Positions 1 through 13,890 of a stretch of DNA of 55,119 nucleotides are shown here, in pieces (position 1 is the first letter of the stretch; each line of letters opens with the position of its first letter). The DNA lies in the NCBI GenBank assembly GCA_023231475.1, contig JALJEE010002327.1:1-55119 (forward strand). Reading direction: 5' to 3'. Source of the DNA: Seison nebaliae (lineage: Eukaryota). The notes under the pieces are model-generated. The model had not been told where the DNA came from, did not search any database, and saw nothing but the letters and a program-made list of their open reading frames with translations. Made by a program: the position numbers and the translations under genes.

Positions 1-1
1 A

Positions 2-157
2 GATATAATTGCTGATCCATATCGTTATAAAATACTCCGAAATATAATCGATATCGGTGCATTTTCTGTTTATAAGCATTGGGTGAAGAAAGGAGATCAA
101 CAAAACAGAGCCGCTTTATTCGAATTCGACAGTCGAAGAACTTCCACAGTCTGGTAA
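2..157 (+). CDS. 3' end of an unidentified gene entering from the left edge ([14 protein letters not shown]...RRTSTVW*)
   Basis: Frame open from base 2 to TAA at 155-157, followed by AT-rich UTR-like sequence containing AATAAA; no recognisable motif. Confidence 0.4.
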   Translation, partial: DIIADPYRYKILRNIIDIGAFSVYKHWVKKGDQQNRAALFEFDSRRTSTVW

Positions 158-383
158 TATCTGCCTAATGTTCACTTTAGCAAAATCAACAGAATTAAAA
201 ATTCTTAAGCATTTTCCCATTTGAGTTATCAATCATTTTTTTTACGAAATTTACAAATCTTTTATGTCTATCCTAATATTTTTTCCAGAGAATTTTGATT
301 AACAATAAAGTGAAATTTTTTATTTAAATATTTTTTTATGAAGATCATATGATGAATATGATGATATGAAGATTATGTATGAG

Positions 384-405
384 GCGTGCGTAGCGCAGTG
401 GTCTA
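384..405 (+). other. tRNA-like 5' fragment (Pol III A-box only)
   Basis: GCGTGCG-TAGCGCAGTGG-TCTA fits an acceptor-stem 5' half plus A-box; no anticodon arm, T-arm or B-box follows. Confidence 0.35.
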
Positions 406-938
406 CACTAGAGGAGATTGATCAAAATTTTCAATTTATACTATTTCCTAAATACAACGTATTATATAATATGATGAATATAATATTCTAATGATGAAGT
501 TAATTATTCTAATTTCACTATCGATAAAATGAAAGAATCTTCAATTAATTTTTATCTTATTCTTTTAAATTTTTTTTGGTTTATTATTACCTAGAACATT
601 TTATACCGAATTTTATACTAAACTAAACCAAATGTAGTTTACTCCACTTCCATCATATATGAAATAAGGATGCCCTGCTTACCATTTCCAAAATTACTGT
701 TATGTTGAATAATAATTACAACCAAAAGAATCAGGATATTCGGAAATAAGAAAATAGTTAAACATATGTTTGAAATATCAGTTTGGGAATTGTAAGTAGA
801 TTAATTGGAAACATGATGTTACTGCATAAACTTTGTGAAAGAGAAACAGCCACAATTAATTATTTGAAATATTACTTAGTTTTAGTGAGCTTTCATGATC
901 TTATTTTGTTAAGAAAATATTTTATTAATAAGTTTACA

Positions 939-2414
939 ATGTTAAAAATTTTGTTGAAATTGAATCCGTTAATCAAAAACGAAATCGATTTACAGAAGAA
1001 AACTTATGAAATTTGGACACATCAAAACATATCGAAAGCGAAAGGTTTCACTATGCGAATCATCGAAGATATCGCCAACATGATTAATTTGAAGTTGTTG
1101 AGCGATTCAAAATTCATTACTTATAATTTCTAATTTAATAATAGTTTTATTTTGAATATTACCAACGAATTTGCTTATGGATTAGAAGATGCCACTCACC
1201 ATCATTTAACCGGACTTGCTGGTCAATCTTCTGAAGTTAATTTGTTTATCAAAAGGAAAATGAAGGTGAATTGATTCTAATATGTAGTACGATATTATAG
1301 GTTTACTGAATAGTATTAGAGAAAGGAGAAAATATTTGGAATTTATCAAAATTCTTGAAGTTCATCTCAATTTCAATTACAATGAAAATAATGAAGCACT
1401 TTATTCACCTTTCAATCGATTTATTCGAAATATAAATTACAGAGTATTTATTCTCGCTTTCTTCTTATCCATCTTGTCCATCATATTACTCTATATCTTA
1501 AATGATAAATGTTTAACAATCCATAAAGTTAACCAAAATGAAGGATGCATTTGTGAAACGAAGAAATCTCTGACAGAAATACGAAAGAAATGGATATTAA
1601 TATTCGGCAATTTCCGTTTAAAATTCTTATTAGAATTATATTTTCATGAAAAAATCTTTCTCAGGAAATATAAATATAAAATTAAATATAGTTTGGAAAA
1701 TATTTCAAATTTCTTGGTGGTTCGGAGCCATCATTTTCTCATCACAAGTCATCGCTCTATTTATCAGTATTATAACAAAATTACAACATACCGATTTGAC
1801 TGTACAACAAATATTTGACGACAATATCAATTTTCTGGTTAACATCAATTCCACAACATCAGCCATATTAAGGGTTTACAAACTTTTCTTACATAAAACT
1901 TATTAAACATAAAACGTTTTTTATAGAATTTTGTTTCGTCTCAAAGAATTATCGAAGTGGATGACGTGCTTCAACATACTCATCGGTTGGAGAAAGGAAA
2001 GTTTGTGATCGCTTCATTCGGAGACTATTCCACTTTCTTAAAAAACCGATATTGCAATATAAAAGAAGCAACATATCAACTGTTTTTTCCAGCAGTCTTA
2101 GGCTTAGCAATGAGAAAGAATCATCCTTTAATCGACCGAATGAGATACAAGTCATAAATTATATTATGACATAATTTAACTTTTGTTTTTTCAGTGTGAG
2201 AATGTTAGAGGAATCAGGTACATTAAAACATTATCTGAGCACTGAGAAACCTTATTCGAAGACAACCAAATGTACCAACAAGAAAGGAAGGAATATGATA
2301 TTTTTCAGTCAATTGAAAAATTTCTTCATTTTCTTTTGTTGCCTCGACTTCATTTTGCTTCTTTATCATTCATTTACATATCTCTTGTTAAAGATTAGAA
2401 ATAAACAATGTTAA
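939..2414 (+). CDS. Divergent ionotropic receptor (IR/iGluR-like), copy A, 6 exons, ~408 aa
   Basis: Introns 1094-1144, 1236-1287, 1616-1664, 1874-1926 and 2151-2194 give an open 409-codon frame. It has an M1-like hydrophobic stretch, M3-like ISWWFGAIIFSSQVIALFISIIT, S2-like GLAMRKNHPLIDRM..RMLEESGTLKHY and a C-terminal TM segment. The start codon is uncertain. Confidence 0.65.
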
Positions 2415-2880
2415 CTAAAAATTTTTCTTTCAAAATCTTTATGTTCTATCGAATAAATCGTTCGAGGTAAAAAAAATATTTTTGAATATATAATATCTAT
2501 AATAATATAATAGAGAAATGAGACCTATAACGTAAAATGACGTTCCATTAATATATCAAAGGAGTTTTAAGGACAAATGTTATGCAGTTTCCGAAATTAA
2601 ACTTATGACGTACATAAAAAAGACCATTATAATGGAGTCTACCGGAACTATTAAAAAAATTACAATAAATTTCGTTACATTAAAACAGTTTAGCTTAAGA
2701 AATATTTCAAAACATCATTCTTTCAATTATACATTAGATAATTACTTCCATGATGTGGCAACATATAAGTCATCGGTATGCTGAAAAAAATGTGACAATT
2801 ATTTTTCGCACAATCTAATATTTCTTGGCATAAAACTTTCGGTTGAACTGAAAATATTCACAAACATTCGTCGGAACTAA

Positions 2881-4370
2881 ATGTTAAGAGTACTACTAAA
2901 ACTTAATCCGTTAATCAAAAGTGAGATCGATATATCTCCAAAAACACATGAAATTTGGACAAATCAAAATATATCGAAAACAAATGGTTTCACTGTTCGA
3001 ATCATTGAAGATATTGCTATGATGCTCCAAACAAAGTTACTTAAAAATAACGTTCATTTGTTCATTCCAAATATAGTTTTATTTTAAATATATCAACTGA
3101 ATTAGCTTATGGATTAGAGGATGTTTCTCATCATCAATTGACCGGAATTTCGGGTAAAGCTTTAGAGGTTTATTGGATTTTTATTTAAATTCTTAATTTT
3201 AATAATTAATGATTAAATTTTATAAAATTAGTATGATATTATTGGACTATTGAACGATATGGAAGAACGAAAAAAATATTTGGATTTTATTAAAGTTCTT
3301 GATGTGGTTTTGAATTTCAATTATAACCAAAAGAATGAACTACTCTATTCTCCATTCAATCAATTTATACAAAGTATAAATTATGAAATATTTATTCTCG
3401 CTTTCTTCTTATCCATTATATCGATCATACTCCTCCATATTATTAACGAGAAATGTTCATCGACGAATAACACGACTTACAATAGAAATCGACGGAAACT
3501 TTGCTTTTCTCAAACAAAGAAATCTCTAACCGAAATTCGGAGAAAATGGATTTTGATATTTGGCAATTTCCGTTAAATTTACGTTTGTTATGAAATTTAT
3601 GTTTTAACGCACAAACTCTTCTCACAGGAAACATAAATATCAAATTGAATACGGTTTGGAAAACATTTCAAATTTCATGGTGGTTCGGAGCCATTGTTTT
3701 CTCGTCGCAAGTCATCGCTCTATTTATTAGTATCATCACCAAATTACAACAAACGGATTTAAGTGCTCAACAGATATTTAATGGAGATATCAATTTTATT
3801 GTGAGTGTCAATTCAACAACTTCGAGGATGTTGAGAGTTTTAATTTGAAATATCATTTTTTTCATTTTGCTCATTAATTAGAATTATGTTTCTAGTAAAA
3901 GAATAATTGAAGTAGATACCATCTTCAATCACGTTCATCGATTGGAGAATGAGAATGTTGTAATTGCATCATTCGGCGATTATTCCACTTATTTAACGAG
4001 TCGATATTGTAATATTAAGAAAACGACTTATGATATGTATGTCCCAACATTTCTCGGATTAGCAATGCGCAACAATCATCCACTGATTAATCATGTGAGA
4101 TATATGTTTCTTTTACAATCGATCTTTCATTAAATTCAATTTCATTATAGAGTAAGAACATTAGACGAAGTAGGTCTCTTGAAACATTATTTCAGAACAG
4201 AGAAATCGTATACCAAAATCGAGAATTGTGCAAATAAAAAGGGAATGAATATGATTTTTTTTAGTCAACTCAAAAACTTCTTCCTCTTCTTTTGTTGTGT
4301 CGATTTCTTTTTTATATTTTATCATATTCTCGGATATGTTTTATTGAAATTGAGAAATAAACAATGTTGA
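2881..4370 (+). CDS. Divergent ionotropic receptor (IR/iGluR-like), copy B, 6 exons, ~412 aa; tandem paralog of copy A
   Basis: Introns 3036-3076, 3168-3231, 3572-3627, 3837-3881 and 4106-4150 sit at the same protein positions as in copy A and give an open 413-codon frame with the same motifs. Confidence 0.65.
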
Positions 4371-4600
4371 AATTTAGTCTCATTTTCTTCTCACCATCTT
4401 CTCGTCTTTCTTACCATCATTTGGTCATTCTCATAGTTTTTGGCTTAGACCAAACTATATTTTTCAAATAACTGCAACTGAAGGTTTGAAAAATTCAAAT
4501 TTTAGTCTTACATATTCGCACTCATTCAAATTCTCCATTTGACTTGTACCGTTTGAATTTGAAGGAAAATTATTTGATAAATTTATAGAAGAACGAAAAG

Positions 4601-7060
4601 ATGAATACCGCTCCTATTAATGCTACAGAAGAACAACATGAACGTTTAGCGCAGAATGAATATGCGAAATTTTTGGATGATGTCTCATCCGACGGAAAAT
4701 ATACGGAGAAGATAAAGAAGATGTATGATGATGACGAGCATCGATTAATTGTTGATTTGAATGATTTAAGGAAGCGATGTCCGGAACGTGTGCAAAATTT
4801 ATTGGGAAAAGATTTGACATTCGAAGAGATGCGCGCAATTCAGCATGCACTCTTCGATGTGTTAACGTCGTTAATGGGCTCGAAAGAGAATCGTGAACAA
4901 TTGTCGATTTTGGATTATTTCGTCGGATTTTGTGGTAGTTTGGGCTCGAATCATCTCACTCCACGAACATTGATGTCATCTCATATTGGATCATTGTGTT
5001 GTGTGGAAGGAATAGTGACGAGATGTTCTATGGTCAAATGTAAAGTGGTAAAGAGTGTGCATTATTGTGAAAAGACGAAACAAGTGATCGAACAACGATA
5101 TAAAGATATTACAAGTTATGACACATATACATCTAATGCATATTATCCTACGAAAGACGAACATGGTAATCTTTTAGAAACTGAATATGGTCTTTGTAAA
5201 TTTAAAGATCATCGAACATTCTCCATTCAGGAATTACCAGAGAAAGCTCCCGCTGGTCAAATGCCACGACAAGTAGATGTAATTGCTGATTATGATTTGG
5301 TTGAATTATGTCAACCAGGAAATCGTGTTCAAATTATCGGAATTTATCGATGTCTCCCATCCAAACAGAATGGATATACTTCTGCTTCTTTTCGCACCAC
5401 ATTAATCTCTAATAACATCATAAATGTGGAGAAGAAAAATGAAGACATCCAATTCTCCGATGAAGATACTCAACATATTAAACAATATGCCAAATCGAAT
5501 ATTGACACATTTACGGAATTGGCGGAGTCGTTAGCCCCATCAATTTATGGTCATGAATTGATTAAAAAAGCTTTGCTTTGTATGTTGGTTGGTGGAGTGG
5601 AGAAACGATTAGATAACGGTTCTCGATTACGTGGTGATATTAACATCATGCTCATCGGTGATCCAAGTGTAGCTAAATCGCAACTTTTACGATTTGTTAT
5701 GAGAGTTGCTCCGCGTGCAATTAATACCACTGGACGTGGTACTACTGGTGTGGGATTAACAGCAGCTGTTACTCAAGATCATGAAACAGGAGAACGACGA
5801 TTAGAAGCTGGTGCCATGGTTCTGGGAGATCGTGGAGTAGTTTGTATCGATGAATTTGATAAAATGTCTGATATCGATCGAACAGCTGTTCATGAAGTGA
5901 TGGAACAAGGTCGAGTATCCATATCGAAAGCAGGAATTACTGCACAATTAAATGCACGATGTTCCGTTTTAGCAGCAGCTAATCCAGTTTATGGTCGATA
6001 TGATGAATCAAAAACACCAGTAGAAAATATCGGATTACAAGATTCTTTATTATCTCGATTCGATCTCATTTTCATTCTATTAGATAGTGTTGATCGGAAT
6101 AATGATTCCGTTCTTTGTGATCATGTCGTCCGAACCCATTGTTATCGATCAGCTAATCAATCAGACGGACAACCTGAACCATTTGCAAATATCGATTCAA
6201 TTCTATGTATAACAGCTGAAAATGAAGAAAATGAAGCGAATTCAACTCAACGAACTCGACGGAAAAATCAATGGAAATTAACAGATGTTTATGATCAGAC
6301 GAAAGATTTCCGTTCGGTTCGAAATAAAAAAAAATATCTTAAATTCGATTTCATCAGGAAATACATCCAATATGCTAAACGGATCGAACCGACAATTACG
6401 AAAGAATGTGCCAGTCGTTTAGCGGAAGAATATACGGAAATGAGAAATAATCCCAATTCCATTAATGACGTCCTTAATGATGGGAGTACTCAACATAAAA
6501 CTCAACCGATTACTGCGAGAACGATGGAGACATTAATTCGATTATCTTCGGCACATGCCAAATGTCGTTTGTCGAATAAGGTGACTGAAGATGACGCCGA
6601 AGTCGCCATTCAACTCGTTCATTTTTGTCACTTCAAAAAAGTTTATAAGAAACGGACGAAGAAAGATTCCCTCGATAAATCGCCAGAAGCGCTCGAGAGA
6701 AATTTGAGAAATAATCAATCGAAACGGGAAAAACGTAAACAATCGAATTCAATCGATCAGAATGTCGATGAGGCGGCGAAACGATTGAAAGAAACAAATA
6801 TTTCCTCCAACAAGTTCCATCTTCAAATTTTTCTTATAAAATTCTTATTATAAAATTTCGTTTTTAGAATAATTGTTGGGAAGAAATTCTTGTTGAAATT
6901 GTTTGATGATCGAAACACTCAATCGTTAGATATGGATATCATTCGAGAAGAAATAAAAAAACAAGATGATTTGACCGAAGAGGAAATTATGGAAATTATC
7001 GATGATATGCAAAAGAAGGATATGATGATGATCGCCGAGAACGCTCTCTTCCTCGTCTAA
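4601..7060 (+). CDS. MCM3: DNA replication licensing factor MCM3, 2 exons, ~801 aa
   Basis: MCM3-type Walker A GDPSVAKSQLL, IDEFDK, SLLSRFDL and ITARTMETLIRLS. Intron 6814-6867 joins a C-terminal exon ending IAENALFLV*. Confidence 0.96.
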
Positions 7061-7391
7061 TCGAAGTGTTGAATATAGAAGAAAAGAGAATTTATTAATT
7101 TACTATAAATTAAGAGAATAAATAATAAGAAATGATAAAATTAATTTGATTTTCGAAAAAGAAAAAGAAAGAAATACTTTGGAAAATTAATCATAAATTT
7201 TTTTTTAAAACTTTTTCATCATTTTTTTTTAGTCATGAAAAACAAAAATTTTTCTTGAGACTAAATATTTTTGTCAATATTTTTTTTGGAGAAATAAATA
7301 AGAAATTTTATTCTAATTTTTTCGAGATGAACTTTCCAGATAGCCAGATGATGATAGGGAAGACAAAAAAAAAAGAAAATTATTGATATTT

Positions 7392-9017
7392 TCAATAATT
7401 GTTATGGGATCGATTGTCATAGAAATTTGAAGTTTTATTGTTGTTGTTGTTGTTTGATAGTCGAATGTGATTCGTGTCGTAATTGGAAGAAGAATTTCGA
7501 TGAGAATCATCGATATTGGAATCACTTGAATTGCCACTATCGGAGGTGGTGGTTTGAGGGGTGGTGGATATTGGTTTGAACATATGCTTCATGTTCTGAT
7601 AATACATCATGTCTTTCTCATACGACATATGATCATTATCGATCGATAATCCATCATTATATAAATGATTATTTAAACTCTTCAATGATTCATTCAAATA
7701 ATTCTGGAAAGCAGACAAAGCAGCAACAATAGCTGGTGAACCGAATCCGTGTGTTATTAATGAGAAATGAGTAAGAGGATCTTGAATAGTCGAATCTAAA
7801 ATTGGAGATGATTGAAAATTTCCCAAAGGAGAACGATCCTGATTTAGAAGGTCAGTAAATTCTTTCACTAAACGTCTAAAAGGAATATAATTTTTATTAT
7901 AATGGAGTTTAAAAGAAATGAAACTTTGTTGATAAAATAGAACATTTTCTTTCATTCAAATATTCTTTCAAATGATTTTGTTCATCTGTCGAATTTGATG
8001 GAGATGATGATGATGATGATTGATCGTTGGAACGAAGACTCAAATTCTTCTTCGTTATATAAGACGCACAATATTTGGCGGGGAAATCAGATTCGCAAAC
8101 GTTACCGAAATCTCGAGCTAAATGCAATGCTTCTCCTTCTACCAACGATGTTATGAGTGTGACGTTTGCTGCTTTTCGTCTACCAGCAGGTAATGAAATT
8201 CCAAGTCTCTCCAATTTATGACGTAATAATCGACCACCATTTTTAGATTTAGCTCTAAAAATGAAGAAAGTTGAAAATAGGATAAAAATTTGAATTAAAT
8301 GAAACCGTCTTAACACACCACCCAACAACGAAGCGTTCAAACATTCAGGTGGTGCCAATCGTCGTTGAATTTCACCGATGGTCACTTTATATTTGGATGT
8401 TGAGCTAAGAAGAGATAAACGTCCAGGTACATTGCAAAAAACGGACAACGGATTGAAATTAGTTACATCGGGATGATTCCCAGGATTATCTAATAAAGAG
8501 AATAGAGTCGATTTCTCAGAATCAGCGTCTTCAGTTTCGACAACTTCATCTAATTTGAGCATAGAATTTAATATTCCTAATGAATTAAATTCACATAATG
8601 CCGAATCATTTAATATTTTCGTTTCTTTATATTCTTCTTTAATATTCAACAACTTTCGATCGTTTTCATTCAATTTCCGTTTTTTTGATGAATTCTCATT
8701 ATTCTCATTCGACGATAAATGAGATCGTTTCAACGATTTCTCTTTCTCGGCTGACGACAATCCCGGATTCTTCCACTGATTCTCCACATTCGCATAAGGA
8801 AATGCATTTGAAGAGTCCATACATTGAAAGAATTGGCTATTGGCAACTAGATTTGAAGCGATAGTATCATTATTCATAAGATATTGATGATAATTTTGGA
8901 ATGAAGCCACATCACAAAAATTATAGTAGGTCGCATAAAATGCTTTATTCTGATCATTCTCATCATTTCTTAGAATCGAATTCGAAATTGACGATTGAGT
9001 TTTATCATTCCAAGAAT

Positions 9018-9071
<54 letters not shown>

Positions 9072-10513
9072 GCTGTTGATTTTGATGATCTTCTGATTGT
9101 TGATGATGTTGAATGTTTTGATTATTACAATTAACTTCTTTTAATTGAACGTTCTCGTCATTGAACTCGATCTTCACTTTAGCATTTTCATTGCACGAAT
9201 CGTATGGATTAGAAGGTAAAGGAGTGGACGTACCATTCTTGACAACGTTACTTGTATCCATAACCAATTGAGAATAATCTAAATTATCTTGCTTCGAATA
9301 ATAGTACGGAGATTTCTACAAATTAATAAAGGAGAAAATAATATTTTTGAATATTGTTCGTGAATTAATGGAGAAGTTATTCCATTTCATGGAACCAATA
9401 AGAATAAGAAGAAGAGTTCCGTTTGTTTGTTTAACGAAGTGAGAAGAATAGGAGGAGGAAGGATAAGAATAAGAATAATTGACAAACGAAGAATGCCAGT
9501 GGAAGGTGGAGTTAACGGGAATAAAGAATAAATTCTAAATGAATCGACAAAGTTGAAGCACTCAATTCTGAGTGGATGTTCTTGATGTAATCAAGATGCT
9601 AAGCCTAATGGATTGTGAATGTAATTGAGCTGAATCAATTACTGATTATGGACTCTTGAGATTTTGTGCTTTATCCTCAATTCATCGGGCACATATTGAG
9701 AAGAAGAAAAAGAAGAAGAGATTCTCCTCTCTCAATCACCCAAGAAAAAACGAAAACAATAGACGAATTTATAATTAAATGAACGTTCCCATCAAATAAC
9801 AACAATTTCATTAGGAAATGAATATGTTAAAGAACTGGAAGAAGAAGAAGAGAGCCATGTGTCGAATACTTAAATCTATTTTAATTAAGTTATCACGCTT
9901 CTCCACACTGTCTCATTCTCTTCACTTCGAATTATCTCTAAAATGATTTTCCATTGATTCGTTAGTGGATCAACGATATGCGAGAGAAACTTTTCTTTCC
10001 ATTAACTAATAGAATGAAGTGGAATCGTATCGATTGAGAATGATGGGGAGAAGAGACAAGGAGCGTCAAAATAATCTTCAGATTATCGTCACTGATAATG
10101 AATAGCGGAAGCGAATGTGTCATAATTCGGAAGGGAAAGAATACACTGGAAGAAATTGGTAAAGATCTTTCACAGAATCTACTCGATGAGCCAAACATGA
10201 AAAACGATATTTCGGAGATAGAGAAAAATCGGACAGGTAAGAGAATGCTTAGAGGAATAACAATGTTCTAAAAATAAAACAATCGACTAACATCGAAATT
10301 GGATGGTTCTTGATCGCCAAATATATTCCATTTATTCTTCCGATCTTCATTAGAAAATTGATAATATTTTAATTGATTGTAATACAGATTCTCATACGTC
10401 TTTAATGCCAAAGCGGTTTGTGGCGAGATTGTTGATGTGGTTGATGGTGGTGACGTTGTCGTAGTTGTGGTTGTTAGGCCGACGGCGAATTCGTTGTAAG
10501 TTGTCACTGACAT
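7392..10513 (-). CDS. TFAP2: Transcription factor AP-2, 4 exons, ~681 aa
   Basis: [53 protein letters not shown] and [16 protein letters not shown]. Introns 9316-10291, 8255-8305 and 7876-7924 give an open frame; exon 1 is less certain. Confidence 0.93.
9019..9078 (-). repeat. Coding CAA repeat encoding 20 Gln in AP-2
   Basis: (TTG)18 followed by CTG TTG on the + strand. Confidence 0.95.
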
Positions 10514-12272
10514 TCTTCTAACAAGAAGAAACTTTCTCTCAAAAAAGAAGAATACAAAAGGATTTTCTCAATATTCGTTTGTGTTGATTGTTTTTTGGAA
10601 ATTCTTTTATTCTCGTCGTTCTTATCTAAACCAAGTCATCTATTTTATGAGATGTTTAGACTGAAAGAAATAGGAAATTATAGTTATTAAAGTATCCGTC
10701 TAAACAATGCAACAGTGGAAGATTCCATGCTGTGTTTTGATGGTGGAGAAGGTGAAGTTTATAAAAAGAAATGTATTCTCTCCTTCTTTCTCCTCCCGAC
10801 TAACAAGAGAAGAAAGTAACTAGAAATGACGAATGATGACAAATATGAAAACGCTTTGAAAAGCGACACAGATTCGGTAAATCGATAACATTCGCCATGT
10901 AATTATATATTTCCCTGTCGATCATACATTGATATGAGAGCAGTTGCTGTTTTACACTTCTACTAATATTTTCTTAATAATTTGCCATTCGTACAAATCA
11001 GACGATCATATTAATATCGTTTCTATTTCTTCTAATCCAATTGGGAAGTTTGTTTTCTTTCATTTTCTTAAAGAATTCCTCAAAACGGAAAAACTATTCT
11101 CAAATTCTTCAATTCACTCAATTATCAGATAAATGTTATTTATTGAACATTACAAGAATAACAAATAATAATAGCTCGTTTTTATTGAATAATCATCATT
11201 TCTTTCTTTTTATCGATCGCGATGACATACACATATAGGAAGATGAAAAATTCATCAATGCTTTCATGAATGAATGGAAAAAAGTTCTTCCATTTTCAAA
11301 GAAAGTGGAACTCCAGTTCGCTGTCAATATATCGACTCGACACGAATCATGTATTAGCATCAACTACACGAGGAGTGAGAGCGGATAGGAAAGAAGCAAT
11401 TCAATCAATCGACAGTCGTTTGCATCACAAACATCATTCGCCCTCCGGATATTTATAGTAATAGGCATCGAAAACATTCTAATTTGTCATACATTCCAAC
11501 TCATTCTTATAAAGTGGAATTTCTTCGATTCTTCATTGTTTTCAATCCATTCTTTCATACTCATCGACTTATCATTGTCATGGTCTTTTGTACATCAGTC
11601 CAATTGTGAATGACATAAAAAAAAATGATTCGATTATTCAGTCGAACGAATAATTGCCTCCTTTCGACATCCAATCAGAAAGTTTCTCTTCTTTTCCGTC
11701 ATCACTCTCATTTCTCATCACTCTTGATCATTCGAACGATATCGTTACTTTCATGCGCAAGTGAGAGTTCGATGCAGCACCACTCGTATCTATTATCATT
11801 TGTCAATTATAGTTTTTAAGAGATATCTAATTGAATCATTACCCGAATGATAACGTCCCGAATCTTTTCTATGGTCTAATTCTCCCCTCATCCACTCCTA
11901 CTTAAACATCTTCTCCCATATTAGATCTATCAATAACTCTCAGGTGTTTTTATGAATTTATCAAGATCAATTAGAATAATTCCATTTCGCCCACCAGCTC
12001 CCCCAATTTCTCTTCGTATCATAATCGTTTTATTATCTTAAACACTTAATCACTTTTACACCCACCGGTCTATAAATAACTTACTCTCTTATTACATTTT
12101 TCTTTTTCATTCATTCTCTTATAAAACTGTTGAGAATTACATATGGTAACTGCAGTATAAAATTAACAAAGTGTTGAAATAATAATAATAATTTTAACTT
12201 GAAAGAAGTTTGATTGAGAAAGGGTATCGTTGGTCATCAAAATCAGGATAATAACCACCGAACACCAATCTA

Positions 12273-12509
12273 GGACAAAACGACACCCTTTATATTTTTT
12301 TCTAAAAAATGAGAAATTGTACAAAACAGCACTCTTTTGTATACACACTTTTTCAGTTTGTTCTCTTGACTGAAAGAGAAAGAAGTAGATAATGAATTTC
12401 CTTTTCTTATATGAAGAAAGATACGGATAGAGAACAATCAAGTCAATTTCCACAATACGAACTGAAAAATTAGAAATAAAAAGGTAATTTTGTTTGTTCG
12501 AGTAAAATA
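12273..12509 (+). repeat. Left TIR of the MULE
   Basis: Starts GGACAAAACGACACCCTTTATATTTTTTTCTAAAAAAT and aligns to the reverse complement of 14421-14658. Confidence 0.9.
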
Positions 12510-12690
12510 ATTAATAATTTTATTATTTATATTTAATGAAATATTATAAGAAATAAAAAAGTTATTTGGGAATTATATTTATTTTCTATACAACATATGA
12601 AACAAAACAAGCAAAACAAAAAGGTCAAAATATACAAATTAGTTTTAATGAAATTAGTTTTTTAAGATATGAGACGACTTAGTCTTTATT

Positions 12691-13890
12691 CTAATTCACA
12701 ACTTTTTTTCTTATTTCTTCATCTTTCTTAACTTGTTTCTTCGGCACTCTTCTCAATTCTCCTTTCATACTTTGATTGAATTTGGTAATTTCTAAATTGA
12801 ATTTTGTTTCAATTAATAATTCGGTCTTTTGTACACCCATGTGACTTCTGGGGATAATAAATTTCAAACCATTATTTCCTCCTTCTACAGCGTTATTGGT
12901 TCTACGTAGATTAGAAACCACTCGGATGTAATTTGACCAGAGTTCAGGAGGAAATAATGGTGTAGTAAAGCCAGAAAAAGAAGAACAACCCACATAATTC
13001 TTTTCGAAATAGGAGAAAGTATCTTTCGCAAGGTCCGAAACTGATTCACCTATCTTCCTAAAAGCTAATGGAATGTCCTGGGGTGGTACAAATGAAAGAG
13101 CCTTAAGTAATTGAATTTCTTTCTTAAAACTCTTATTCGATTGATATTTTATTTTTTCCCCTAAACTTTGTACCTGTCTAATAATTGATTGCCCTAAATG
13201 GAAATAACAACCGTGAATTGTTGCACTGGGGAAGACTAACCTAAACGCGTTAATTGTTGCTACCTCGAAATCTACTGTTATCGAACAAACTACCCTGTTT
13301 CCTAAAAATTTCCTAAATTCCGAAAAAACCTCAACATAATGTTCCTGTTTTTGATATTTCATAAAAACGTATCCTAACTGTAAGTTTAATAATAATAATA
13401 ATCTCTCTAATAAAAACGAAATGATATAAAGCTGGTAATATCCTAAAGGGGCCCTATCAAATGTGTCGTCCGCAAATAAACGGAGGTTTGTTTGTATTCT
13501 ATCCCTAATTCTAATATTGAAATAAACTATAAAATCTTCCTTTGAAATTTTTCCTCCCTCTTAAAGAACTACTTCCTCCTTCTCTTGCTTTCTTCGAACA
13601 TTTCTTGTAACAGCTGAAATTCTTCCAAAAACGCTTTGTACGTCCACTGGCGCTTTTGAAAGTGTTCTGGCCACTATTCTCCATATCATGCGAATGGTTG
13701 TGTCTCATGTGTTTGATTTTCAAATTCTTGTCGACGCATATCATTGACTTGCAGCTTTGTGATGTTTTATGTTGTCTACACTACCAGGCGGAATTTCCAG
13801 AACTAACATAATCTTTTTTTTTAGTATATCAATTCTTCGTTAACGATGGCAATTAACTTTTGAACTCGGAATAAATCTTATATTGTTCAT
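12691..13890 (-). pseudogene. FLYWCH-MULE transposase pseudogene
   Basis: FLYWCH-like W*CRQHKTSQSCKSMI..HNHSH with an in-frame stop, LFADDTFDRAPLGYYQLY (normally DGTF), TVDFEVATINAF..FP..GCYFHLGQSI and RTNNAVEG, split by frameshifts and stops. Confidence 0.85.

Noticed and set aside
783..938. TTG/GTG starts in the ORF track (also 16904, 35395, 40955, 49563, 54665)
   Set aside because: These come from prokaryotic-style ORF calling; downstream ATGs or splice acceptors fit paralogs and homologs better
8901..9134. Poly-Val ORF and similar antisense ORFs (27191-27409, 45733-45927, 49352-49543)
   Set aside because: They are shadows of trinucleotide repeats or coding sequence on the opposite strand
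9962..12453. Short ORFs in the AP-2 intron and upstream region
   Set aside because: No motifs; composition fits intronic or regulatory DNA and the transposon TIR
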